DNA of 63,799 bases, counting the filler, from Phoronis australis (taxonomy: Eukaryota > Animalia > Phoronida), in assembly GCA_002633005.1 (NCBI GenBank). It is 8 parts of 8 records of this genome, joined end to end, with 100 filler letters (N's around TTAATTAATTAA, not from the genome) between each part and the next. Parts side by side here need not be neighbours in the genome. Positions count along the whole stretch, not along the records: positions 1 to 20,413 come from NMRA01000437.1; positions 20,514 to 39,684 come from NMRA01000026.1; 6 more parts are not named here. The stretch is one strand, 5' to 3'. Below the pieces are notes generated by a model. It was not told the DNA's origin. It did no database searches and saw only the letters and a program-made list of their open reading frames with translations. A program made the position numbers and the translations under genes. This document shows, piece by piece, positions 12,013 through 22,258 of the stretch (position 1 is the first letter of the stretch; each line of letters begins with the position of its first letter).

Positions 12013-13434
12013 CAGGGCTCGACGCTATGAAAATCGCCAGGTCGCATTTTGCGACCAAGCCAAAATCCCAGGTCGCATTTTCAAAATTCAACTCGCATTC
12101 AAAAATTCAAGGTCGCGAAAATTTCCTGCCATTTTCACGGACCAAAATTAGCTTTTACGTCATCAGAAAATGCCTATATTATGCTCTTGCGACGTTAAAT
12201 ACTCACAAATTTCATGCCGCAAAACTGAGTTCTTACAAGCATATCACGCATGCACCGCGTTACCATTCCTCACTGGCGCCATCCAGTGAAAGACCCTGGA
12301 GCGAAAGGCAGTTGCCGACGTGAAAGTTAAATCAGTGCTCTCTAACCGACACATGCATTCGATTAGCTAAGTGTGCAACGTGAAAAAGAAGAAAATACTC
12401 GTTGAAAAAGTATCCGCGACTTTTCTAGGACTGACTTGCAATATTACTGGCATCAAAATCGTTAAAGATCCAAAGATTGATAACTCTGAGTGCGAATTCC
12501 TTCCATTTGTTCGCAGGCTAAAGTTTTCAACTTGACGTTTGAAAAAACATCCTGTCGGGAGAAATTCGTGAAACGTTGCCCTACTCGCTGAATGACATAT
12601 TGAGACGCGGAAAAAATTCACTGCAAATTTCACAACACAAAAATGTGGGACTTATGCTGTTTACTGGTACGTAGTCAATTAGTTTTCCATGAAATAAAAA
12701 ACCTCGAAACGATTTCCGACGGTGCGGGTTTCTACCGTATTCTGCCGAAAGCGCGTAAAGGCATTCCAGTCGTTTGGCGATTAATTCGGATATCATTTTC
12801 ACATTTGCTGTCTTTCGCGATAAAAAACCGAGACACATTTTTCCAAGTCACGATGATCGTCTGCCGGGACCGCTTTCCGGCGTTAACAGTGGAACCGACC
12901 AGTGCCGCAGTGCGATCAGGCATATTGCCGTGGGTGTTGCCGTAATTTGATATTAAGGACACCTTACATGAAAAATAAATGTTTTTCCACCACTAAGCTT
13001 GGTGATTTCATCGTTTAAGAATTAGTAGAAACACCGCTGCTTTCTGACGTATTATGACGTGTTATTCCGAGGTCCGAAACTTTCTTCGGCACATCCGGAA
13101 ATTTGCAAAAAGCCAAAAGTATTGGTCAATAAAATGCGTCAAAGACCAATTCTGCATTCCCTTGTTCATGCGACATGTTTACAAGTCATCGGGAGCGCTT
13201 TTCTCAATGAATGTTCTTTTGAACTTGATTTGGCAACAACCAAATAACGGTCAGAATCCCCCGAGTTGCTCTATATTTCTCAGGTATCTGCCGTGAAGTT
13301 TAAAAACTCAGCTCGCATACGTTGGAAATTCCAGGTCGCATTTTGCGACTTAATGCGAGCTGGCCAAAATTTCAGCTCGAAATTCCAAATTTCAGGTCGC
13401 AAATGCGACCTACAGCTCGTTATGTCGAGCCCTG
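12013..13434. mobile_element. Non-autonomous hAT5-like DNA transposon, copy 2 (inverted relative to copy 1)
   Basis: CAGGGCTCGA...TCGAGCCCTG with an exact 5-bp TSD CTAAA (12008-12012 / 13435-13439). Both ends align with the reverse complement of 4884-6361; the central part is more diverged. Confidence 0.85.
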
Positions 13435-13462
13435 CTAAATGCTTTACTCTTGTTTATTGCAG

Positions 13463-13828
13463 GTGTTGTTGATGCAGCTCTTGATGTGAATGTTCCTAGT
13501 GAGATCATCGCTGTGAACGGAGGTTTAGCTGTATTTGAAATCAGCTACACAGAGAGTGGTGGTGATACCTTCAACAGTTTTGCATTGAATAAGGGAGCAC
13601 AGAATGTGTTTACTGCACCTCTCGCTGTTCAAGGCCAGTATTTCCGTAATGGATCATTTTCAGGACTCTATGAAACCCGTGCTTCTACTAACTACTATTT
13701 TGGCAGGACTCAGTTCACCATCACTCTAAGTGGAATTACAACAAGTGATGAGGGAGAGTACCAAGTAAAGTTTACTAAAAACCGCAACATAGCTGTGCCA
13801 TCTGTTGTTACTCAACTTGTGTTGGATG
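13463..13828 (+). CDS. Exon encoding a V-type immunoglobulin-like domain without the canonical disulfide (partial gene)
   Basis: Acceptor tgtttattgcAG|GT and donor GATG|GTAAGT bound a 366-bp phase 1/phase 1 exon. The translation has beta-strand periodicity, an E-strand FTITLSGIT, F-strand motif D-E-G-E-Y-Q-V (DxGxYxC with C>V), G-strand VTQLVL and an NGS sequon. No other exons of this gene were identified. Confidence 0.75.
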
Positions 13829-16335
13829 GTAAGTACATGTAAGGCTTTGCATTAGAAATGTTGATGTTTGCCATGCAATGGAGCAATGAGCTTTTATTGG
13901 TTTGCTTTAGAGTTTTGGTCTTGGCCTCTTCAGTGTATGTCAGACCTGTGTACTGTATGCAAAAATGCAGGTTCGTATCGAAATTGGGCTAGTAGTACAG
14001 GAGTACCCAAGATTGGGCATAAATTCGCAAATTTTGAGCAGATTATTTACCGAGTTTTTACTCACTTAGTGAAAACCTAATAATAGAAATGAAAGACGAT
14101 TTTTAAATTAGAAATTAAAAAACAAATTTCAAATCATTCACTAAAAATATGAGTCCTGAAGTCGGAAACTCCCCGACTCATTCTAAATGGAATCAATGAA
14201 TCGCAAGGCTTCTTCATCACCAACCTAGATTATGAGTAACGTTTTCTGTTATTAGCGGATTGTTTACTTTGTTTTGGACTATATCCAACTAAATACATAT
14301 AGACTGGGATCCCAGAGCTTTTTTGGGCATGAAAAGGTATTAAACTAACCAATTTTCTTTGGTGCTACACTGCTCTATGAGTATCCTGATGCTTGGAAAT
14401 GGTTGTCTGGCAGGTTCGCTATTGTGGGTGTGGTCAGGGGAGCCAAGAGAATGACACTCAAAAATTGATCTAGATCAACTTTTCTGGTAACCACTTCAAA
14501 CCGCCTTGGATACCTCTTACGTAATCCACTGCATCAAAATTGGTCTCTGCCAGATAATTTCAGTGGTGGGCAGGGACTCATCTAGGATTTGAAAATTGGG
14601 GGTCCAAATTCGTGAGACTGACTAGTCGTGCAAAGCGCGAATCTGAGGCGCGTAGCGCTGGGGGGGATTTGAGGGGGGGTGGGGGAATTTCCCCATCCGG
14701 TGAGGAAAAAATTGTTACATGAAAAGGTCATTTCCTTGCATTTTATTTAGCACACTGTTTGGGTGTCTTTTTCTTGTTCAACGGACGGCACATAGGGAAA
14801 CTAAACAAAAATTAGAAGGTTTGTTCCATTCAGGATGTTTGTATTGTCACTAGGCTGCAAAAATCAAGATCTGTAAATCTTTTTAGTAAGATTTCCTATG
14901 TCAGTAGAGTTGCATGATAGACAGCATGAGTACAGGACTCAATGTACCTTCAAGCTTTCAAAAGAGAAGAGTAAAATTGATGCAGTTGAGAAACCACTTA
15001 AAATTGTGAGAATACAATGAAGTTGCATTGGAAATGACATGAAGAAATATATTCTAGAGTACATGTCTATGTTTCGTTACATGGCACAGTAATGCAATTC
15101 ACGAATCTACAAAAATAAGACCATATCCTCCACAAATTCACAAATCAGTATCACCAGTGCTCAACACGGTCGAAAATCTCCGCTGGAAAATAGGAGTGAC
15201 GGCGTATGTGCACTCGCGCGTGTATACCCGGACTTGGCTTCGTAAAGGATCGTGACCAAAAAAGAAACGTCGAAACTCCGTGTTTGAATTTGGCATTCGT
15301 ATTTTTACGTTTCTTAAACGTTTTTCCGAGCGCTTTACTCGTAAATTTCACGTCGTTTGACTACCAGCGTAGCCAGTGGTCGCCGGGGACATTGTAGTTG
15401 TTACGTCTTCTGCAGTGCATTTTAAGCGGACGCTTTCTTGAATTGAAACTTACCAGGTTAAAAGTCTAACACTGTCTTTCATAGTTCGCAGTTTTAGAGT
15501 CAAATCCCCAGCCAGGTTCACAGCCGAAGTAACAGGTGCTGTGCACGTGACTGGCTGACCTACTTTTTTCCATATACGGCACGCAGTGCCACACACAGAG
15601 GATAAACTCGAATCGCCCAATAATCATGGAATTCCACAATAAGTTGAAGTATTTCGAGGCATTTTATTTTCATGCTAAGTTATTCATTGAATACGTAGCC
15701 AACATTACACACCACATTTTTTCACTTAAAGGTTGCACTGCATTCTCGCGCATCAATATAAGTCGGATCGGCCGTGCGGATTTTTTGATATTTTTCATTC
15801 ATTCGTTCGAGTTGCAACGGAGCTATGCGAACAAATTAAGGAAGTTTGCGCTAAGTTTTATCTGGTTTGCATGTTCAGCGACATTGATGGCATTTGTATG
15901 GCAGGTCAGTGCTAGAATTTTGTCGGGTATCATTTTTTTCGAAGTGTACGTTCTCCGTCGGCTATTTCAAATTGGCTGCTCCGTCGAATGTATCGAGTGC
16001 CTCTTCAACGTCCGCGTCGGCAACTAGCATTAGGGGTACGGCAAATCCTTTGAACTTCGGGTGTGGGTTCTTCAATTTCAAATTAAGATTAAGTGTCCTT
16101 GTACGGTAGTTAGCGCTGCCGGATGCAATATTTATCGACACTAGTCGTGCGGGGGATTCCGTATGAAGCCGACTTGACGTCACAGAATAGGAAGGTATTC
16201 CCCAAAGATGGCTGCCAGTATTTGCCGATCGTCATTGTGACATTTATAGTAAAAATAGACGGCAAAACTTTCTAATGTCGAGTTATTTCTAAATATTTAG
16301 TGAACTTAAACAATGAATTGTAGGTTTCAATGAAA

Positions 16336-19300
16336 TTTTGTTTATTTGTATTTGTATTGAAGGCCTCTGGCCCAAAGTACAATAAACAAAACAATTAATC
16401 AGGCACATTTGCACAAGCAGTCAACCCATTTAAGAATTGTTCTCGTCTTTTAAGGGCAAAATACACATATTTAACAGCAGATATATCTGGATTAGCGAGC
16501 AGGCGTATACAGGATTCTTGAGTTGGATGCCTCCATTGAAATTCCTTCATAAAACGTGACCTAAGTTCACAATATCCCTTGCAAACCAACAGGAAATGGT
16601 ATTCATCCTCTACAAGACCATCATTGCAAGCCATACATAATCTATTGTAATATTCCACTTTCTCGTGTCTACCCACTTCCACTTGTAGTCTGTGGTTGGA
16701 GCAACGTAAACGAGTAAACGCTTGAATAAGACTATTGTGTAGCGGTAACTTAAGATATGGTTCAAAACAGTACAGAGTCTTAAAGTTAGAGTAGAATTTA
16801 AGTTTTGCATTATGCTCAATTTCTGATCGCCAACCTTGCTCATAACAGTCATTAACTCTTTGCGCGAAGAAACTTAAAAACGAGACTTCGCACGTGACAC
16901 CTTGATTCAACCAAATTTGATAAAAACCGTATTTTGATAGCAATTGTCTAACAGAAGATACCCAAGTATTTCTTCCATTCCTATCTAAATCAACTAACAT
17001 GTCATAAGCCGCTTTAGCGTATCTAGTAGGTGGCATTTTCAATAACTTTAGCCAATATTTTACACACGTGACATAATACTTTGCATAGAGCGGATAAATT
17101 CCACATTCACCCAATACAGCTGCGTTTGAGCAAGAGTTTCCAACTCCAAGAGCAATTTTACAGAATTTAACATAAACATTTTCAAGCCATTCGTATTCTT
17201 TGAATCCCCAGATTTCCGCGCCGTAGCACATAGTTGGTACAGCAATTTTATCAAACAGTTCAAGTGATAGGCTCAATGGTAATTCCGTGCACCGGTTTCT
17301 AATTTTAGAGATGGACATAGCAGCTTTACTACCTTGACGTGCCAGAGTTTTAGTGGCTTTGGACCAGACTAATCTTGGTGTGAAAAATATTCCAAGATAT
17401 TTATATTGGGAGACAACCTCCACTACTTGGTTTCCATAATACCACTTCTCATACGCTCTGAGTGGCCCGCCATTTCTAAAAACAACGATCTTAGTTTTTT
17501 TCAGATTTACACTCATGCCCCAAGAAGAGCAATAATCATAAAGGCAATTTAACATTCTTTGCAAATTAATTTGAGTGCTCGAACACAGAACCATGTCATC
17601 AGCATACAACAGCGATTTGACGTGCGGAGCCTCTTCATTGATATAAATCCCTCTAATATTTTGGGCATTATCTAGGACTTCGATAAATTCGTTCAGATAC
17701 ATGATAAATAATAGTGGGCTGATCATACACCCTTGTCTGGTGCCGACAGAACAGTCAAAAAAGTCGGTTAACCCTTCTCGGGTCCTTACGCATGAACGTA
17801 ATTTGCTGTACATGGATTTCAAGATTTTAAGTACGTTACCATGGACACCAATTTTTTGTAATCTATACCAGAGTAGCATGTGGGGAACTCTGTCAAACGC
17901 CTTCGAAAAGTCGACAAAAGCACAATAAAAACGACCCCCGGGCTTAGTGATATATTTTTGGCACATGGCCTGAAGCGTAAACATTTGGTCCTGAGTGCAA
18001 TAGCCCTTGCGGAATCCCGCCTGTGATTCACGAAGTTCGTCATTTGCCTCAGCCCAGGTCCTAAGCCGGTTGTTCAAAAGTTTGGTGAATAGCTTTCCTA
18101 CTGCAGACAACAATGAGATACCTCTATAATTGTTCTCATCTTCAGTGTTACCCTGTTTAAATATAGGAACAATTATTGCGTCACACCAGCCCTGTGGGTA
18201 GTGACCTGTAGCGAGAATTCCATTGAAAAGCAGTTCCAATACAGGAACAATAGCTACCCTCGTACTCTTCAACATCTCAAACACAACGTGATCAATGCCG
18301 GCCGCTTTGCCGTTTGGCAGATCCATTATAGCGCAGTCAATTTCCTCACATGAGAAACAAGTGTTCATATCACTGGGTAAATTTTTGTCACAAGCATCAC
18401 AGTAATTGTCATGATTTTCTTGTTGTCTTACGACCGCATTTGACATAGTGTCGTTCGGTTCCATCCGTTCATTGAGCAACAAATTAAAATACGTGTACCA
18501 CCGTTCTGGAGTTATCGCAGTTTCCTTCGGACTACTATTAAATTTTGATTTTACCAAAGCCCAGAATTGCTTTGGATTATTTCTACTATCCAAAATATTT
18601 TCTAGCAACTTCGATTGGTGCTCTTTTTCTTTTTCTTTGTATAGCATGCGAAATTGTTTCTTATTTTCTTTGTATACTGCCAATTTTCCAGGGGAAGAGT
18701 CTCTCCGAAAAATATTCAAAGTGTGATTTTTTAGTTTTTTCGCAGTATGTAATACTTTGTCCCACCAAGGGGGTTGTTTGCTCTGCCTTTTAGCGTAAGT
18801 ACGTTTATTGTGATACCATCCGTTGCACTTTCTATGTAGCCACGAGCAATCTGTTCAACTACTCGATCTAGACTTTCTGATAGGCAATTTGAAAACACTT
18901 CATGGAATTCTGCTACTTGGCCACTATCCCACTCCAGTCGAGTGTTTGATTTCGATGCTAATTGGCTAATGCTACAACGACTGTCATACACACAATTACC
19001 TGCAACATTACAAACAATAGGACAGACTCGTCAAATGTGCCTATACTAAAATCTGAAATATGTTGAAAGAAACTTGTCGATACTATCAAATAGTCTACAG
19101 TGCTACAACCACCTGTAGCGTGACATGTAAACTCGCCATGTTTATCACTCTGACTCCTACCGTTAACTATATGCATGTTTAAGTCACAACACAATTCAAT
19201 TAAAGTTTTGCCAAAATTAATTACAGTTTCATCCTTAGACTGCCTGGGCCAGCAAAATGTGTCACTATCGTACATGTACCAATCTTAACACGGTAAGAAA

Positions 19301-19990
19301 TCCGCACTGTCATCTAGAATATAGTCTTGCAAGTTCCCAACTCTAGCATTTAGGTCACCCATGACCACTAAATGGCAATCACAAAACTTCTGAGACAAAT
19401 TCAACAACTCTTGGCTTAGCAGGGTTATCCCCATTTTTCTCTGCGGAGTTTTCATACACTGGCGACCCTTCTGGGGCTACATAAATAAAACGTTGTCCGT
19501 CTTAAACAACCTTTTGTCGCCCTTGTGAATATGATCAACCTTCAAACGTCTAAAATATTTTCTAATTCATGTTTGATAAATACACTCACTCCTCCGGAGT
19601 TTCTTCCAAATTTTCTTCTCTTTATGTTTTGCACATCGAAATTTACATAGCCTGGTACACTAAACTGGTTTGGTTTATTTGCCCATGTTTCACTGACTGC
19701 TACTACATGATACCTATAGGTATAAAGTCAATAACCTCAGATTGTCCAATCGTTTTGGCGAGACCATGTGCGTTCCAGCTCATCAAGGATATGCCGTTTG
19801 TATACAGGGGTGGGCCTTGGCCTCCATCCTATCTGTTGCATTCAAACACTTGTTGTCGTCGTCGTACATATAAGTTTTCCTATCGTGAATGAGTTTGTCA
19901 TACCGTATGCTTGCATTTTCCATGCCGTTTTCCTTCGAGAATTTATACAGTTCCTTTATGGCATTGCGCACTCTAACTCATGCTATGAAC
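16336..19990 (-). mobile_element. Non-LTR retrotransposon (LINE, RTEX-like), 5'-truncated
   Basis: ORF1-like C-terminal piece (ASIRYDKLIHDRKTYMYD, 19783-19971). Frameshifted APE endonuclease (YVAPEGS, VMGDLNARVG, VNGR...STVDYLIVS, about 18960-19500). RT ORF. Short 3' UTR with a GGCC-AGA-GGCC hairpin and a (CAAATA)-type tail ending near 16336. No clear TSD, so the 5' boundary is approximate. Confidence 0.88.
16395..18719 (-). CDS. LINE ORF2 reverse transcriptase with C-terminal CCHC finger (N-terminal part disrupted)
   Basis: 774 open codons with NYRGISLL, QAGFRKG, FVDFSKAFD, GTRQGCMISPLLF, LYADD, YKYLG, YGAEIWG and CMAC...EDEYHFLLVC. Confidence 0.92.
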   Translation of the reverse strand: MNIFRRDSSPGKLAVYKENKKQFRMLYKEKEKEHQSKLLENILDSRNNPKQFWALVKSKFNSSPKETAITPERWYTYFNLLLNERMEPNDTMSNAVVRQQENHDNYCDACDKNLPSDMNTCFSCEEIDCAIMDLPNGKAAGIDHVVFEMLKSTRVAIVPVLELLFNGILATGHYPQGWCDAIIVPIFKQGNTEDENNYRGISLLSAVGKLFTKLLNNRLRTWAEANDELRESQAGFRKGYCTQDQMFTLQAMCQKYITKPGGRFYCAFVDFSKAFDRVPHMLLWYRLQKIGVHGNVLKILKSMYSKLRSCVRTREGLTDFFDCSVGTRQGCMISPLLFIMYLNEFIEVLDNAQNIRGIYINEEAPHVKSLLYADDMVLCSSTQINLQRMLNCLYDYCSSWGMSVNLKKTKIVVFRNGGPLRAYEKWYYGNQVVEVVSQYKYLGIFFTPRLVWSKATKTLARQGSKAAMSISKIRNRCTELPLSLSLELFDKIAVPTMCYGAEIWGFKEYEWLENVYVKFCKIALGVGNSCSNAAVLGECGIYPLYAKYYVTCVKYWLKLLKMPPTRYAKAAYDMLVDLDRNGRNTWVSSVRQLLSKYGFYQIWLNQGVTCEVSFLSFFAQRVNDCYEQGWRSEIEHNAKLKFYSNFKTLYCFEPYLKLPLHNSLIQAFTRLRCSNHRLQVEVGRHEKVEYYNRLCMACNDGLVEDEYHFLLVCKGYCELRSRFMKEFQWRHPTQESCIRLLANPDISAVKYVYFALKRREQFLNGLTACANVPD

Positions 19991-20413
19991 ATTCCCACTA
20001 AATAAAATTGGTTCTAACCCCGGTGGTTAAGGTAAACGGCGGGGTATGGAAAATTGAACTAGACCGTATTTATCCACCTTGGCTGAGTCGCTCTCGGCTC
20101 ACGATTAAAGGGATGCCGCCAGGCTGCTCTAGTCATCGAGTCACGAGCGAGGATAATTGGCTTCGCTCATGCGGATATGATAAGCTGATTACAATCTAGC
20201 TAGCAGACTGTACTTTTTATGGTGAGAGTTTTACGTAGTTTTTACTGTAATATTTGAAAAGAGGAGCGAAAACAAATATGAGTACAACTTTGAATTTTTC
20301 AAATCGGCCCAGGATAAGAGATTTTGCAACACAGCAACACTCACGATTACTTTCATTCGGCGCGCACTAATACAAAAATATAGGACCCAAGTTATTTAGA
20401 TTTTGGAACACAT

Positions 20414-20513
20414 NNNNNNNNNNNNNNNNNNNNNNNNNNNNNNNNNNNNNNNNNNNNTTAATTAATTAANNNNNNNNNNNNNNNNNNNNNNNNNNNNNNN
20501 NNNNNNNNNNNNN
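20414..20513. other. Artificial scaffold linker (also about 39685-39784, 42205-42304, 45892-45991, 48394-48494, 59129-59228, 62650-62749)
   Basis: Near-identical ~100-bp N-TTAATTAATTAA-N blocks with stops in all six frames; an assembly artefact. Confidence 0.95.
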
Positions 20514-21899
20514 GTAAATTACAGACGCGAGATGGTTGTACAAAATTGTTTTCTTCTGACGATGACGACGACTGGGTGTTACGTTGTGTTGCTTCAGGCT
20601 CAAACAGATATCCCTGGCGACCCGACATTTCACAATAAAATTTCTTATTCCGACAACGAAGAACACCACACTAAAATATGGCGCTGACTAACTTTGACCC
20701 CGCCAAATACGTAGCTAGCAGCAGCGCTCAAAGCGGATGATTACAGAACTCTTTCAACCAATTTTTTAAGTTAAATTTAAAAAAGGTACGTTTACTTTTT
20801 GATGTTGAATTATTCGTGGCATTAATCAACAACTCATAGAAAATCAGCCAAAATTTATACAGTTCCCTTTTAATTTCGTCGTCTGTGTAATAATTGAGTA
20901 AAGTCTCATATATTAATGGCAATATTGGTTCCTAATTGTTTCTGCTTGGTCTTTCAAAGTCATTGGAAGAGCTTTGCTCATAACATTAATTGGAACTTTG
21001 GTCTCGCGTAATATGAAACTCAACATTTTCTGCTGAATCGTCCGACGGCCAGATCACGTGATCAGATGTGGCACCCGGCAGGAGGACAAGTCATGCACAG
21101 TGTGATGCCATACCTGTACATGTAGATTGAATGAACTAAGCTGGTATTGAAGCGATGAACCATGGCATTGGTGTCACCTGCTACCGAATATCTGCCGCCC
21201 GTTCAGTAACGCTAGGACCTCGCTAAAAAGCAAGACTTCGCGAGATTACGTGAGATATTGCTGTGCATTTTAAAAGAGAGCACGTGTGCTGGCCCGCCGG
21301 GGCAGTTACTTGAATATGAGACCACATCCACTTAGGGCCCCCTGTGTATGTGAATGTTTACTGGCCCGGCCGCAGCACTGTTCCCGGGCGAACGCTAGCT
21401 AGTAGTATCTCAATTCTGAACGAACGTCGACACTAATATTAGCATGACAAGGATTTTTAAGTAAACATTTGTTAAGCTCGGAAATGAGCGTATAGACGAT
21501 TTCAAAAATAACGCTCATAATGGCCGGACACGGATTTGTCCATATTTTACTTGCTCTAACTTCATCACATATTCCGAAAATGCGCCAAAAATACGGGATG
21601 TCCGTTGCTTTAACGGGACACGCCACGTGACCTGGGAAACAGTGAGCTGGTGAACGTAGTCTCGAACCTAGCGGATTACATCTAAGAAATAAACGCTATA
21701 TTTTAGCGCCAACCTTGCAAATATCAATCTCTTGCTCTTTCCGTAAAAAGTTACAGGAATTAATTTTCACGAACGACACCCTACTTCAACCAAACATCAT
21801 GAAATCAATAAATCGATAATATGAGACCTGCTGAAGAAGCCCAGTTTGGTGAACAACGATCATTTTTTTCCAAATCCCACAAATTATGATATGCTGCCC

Positions 21900-22130
21900 T
21901 GGATTTCCTTTGAAGAGATAGAAGTTTGAATCAATATTTCATATAGATAATGTTGAAATATTATTTGGTGAATAATGGCAATCTGTAACATTTGTTCAAC
22001 ACCTTATTGCTTAAACAGGAATTAGCTACACCCAGCATTCGTTTACAAAATGTAATACACACTTTTTCGAGGCAATCACATTCTTGTACACCCCATATTT
22101 TCACACCATCACAGTACAGGGTGGGCCGAA
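21900..22130 (-). mobile_element. Degenerate fragment of a related LINE (post-RT region)
   Basis: PTLYCDGVKIWGVQECDCLEKVCITFCKRMLGVANSCLSNKVLNKCYRLPLFTK aligns with PTMCYGAEIWGFKEYEWLENVYVKFCKIALGVGNSCSNAAVLGECGIYPLYAK of the 16395 ORF. Confidence 0.7.
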
Positions 22131-22258
22131 AGATTTCATAGTCCACCCTCTCCATCACAGTACAGAGTGGGCCGAATCATTTCATAAACCACCCTCTCCA
22201 TCACAGTACAGAGTGGGCCGAATCATTTCATAGTCCACCCTCTCCATCCGAATCATTT
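22106..22258. repeat. 46-bp tandem repeat, about 3.2 copies
   Basis: Unit CCATCACAGTACAGAGTGGGCCGAATCATTTCATAGTCCACCCTCT repeated head to tail with no spacers. Confidence 0.85.

Noticed and set aside
20458-20469. Recurring TTAATTAATTAA palindrome as a biological motif
   Set aside because: Always centred in a ~100-bp N block; it is a synthetic all-frame-stop contig linker.
22106-22258. CRISPR-like array (also considered 42571-43010, 60511-60662, 62542-62649)
   Set aside because: Head-to-tail tandem repeats without unique spacers, no cas genes, eukaryotic context.
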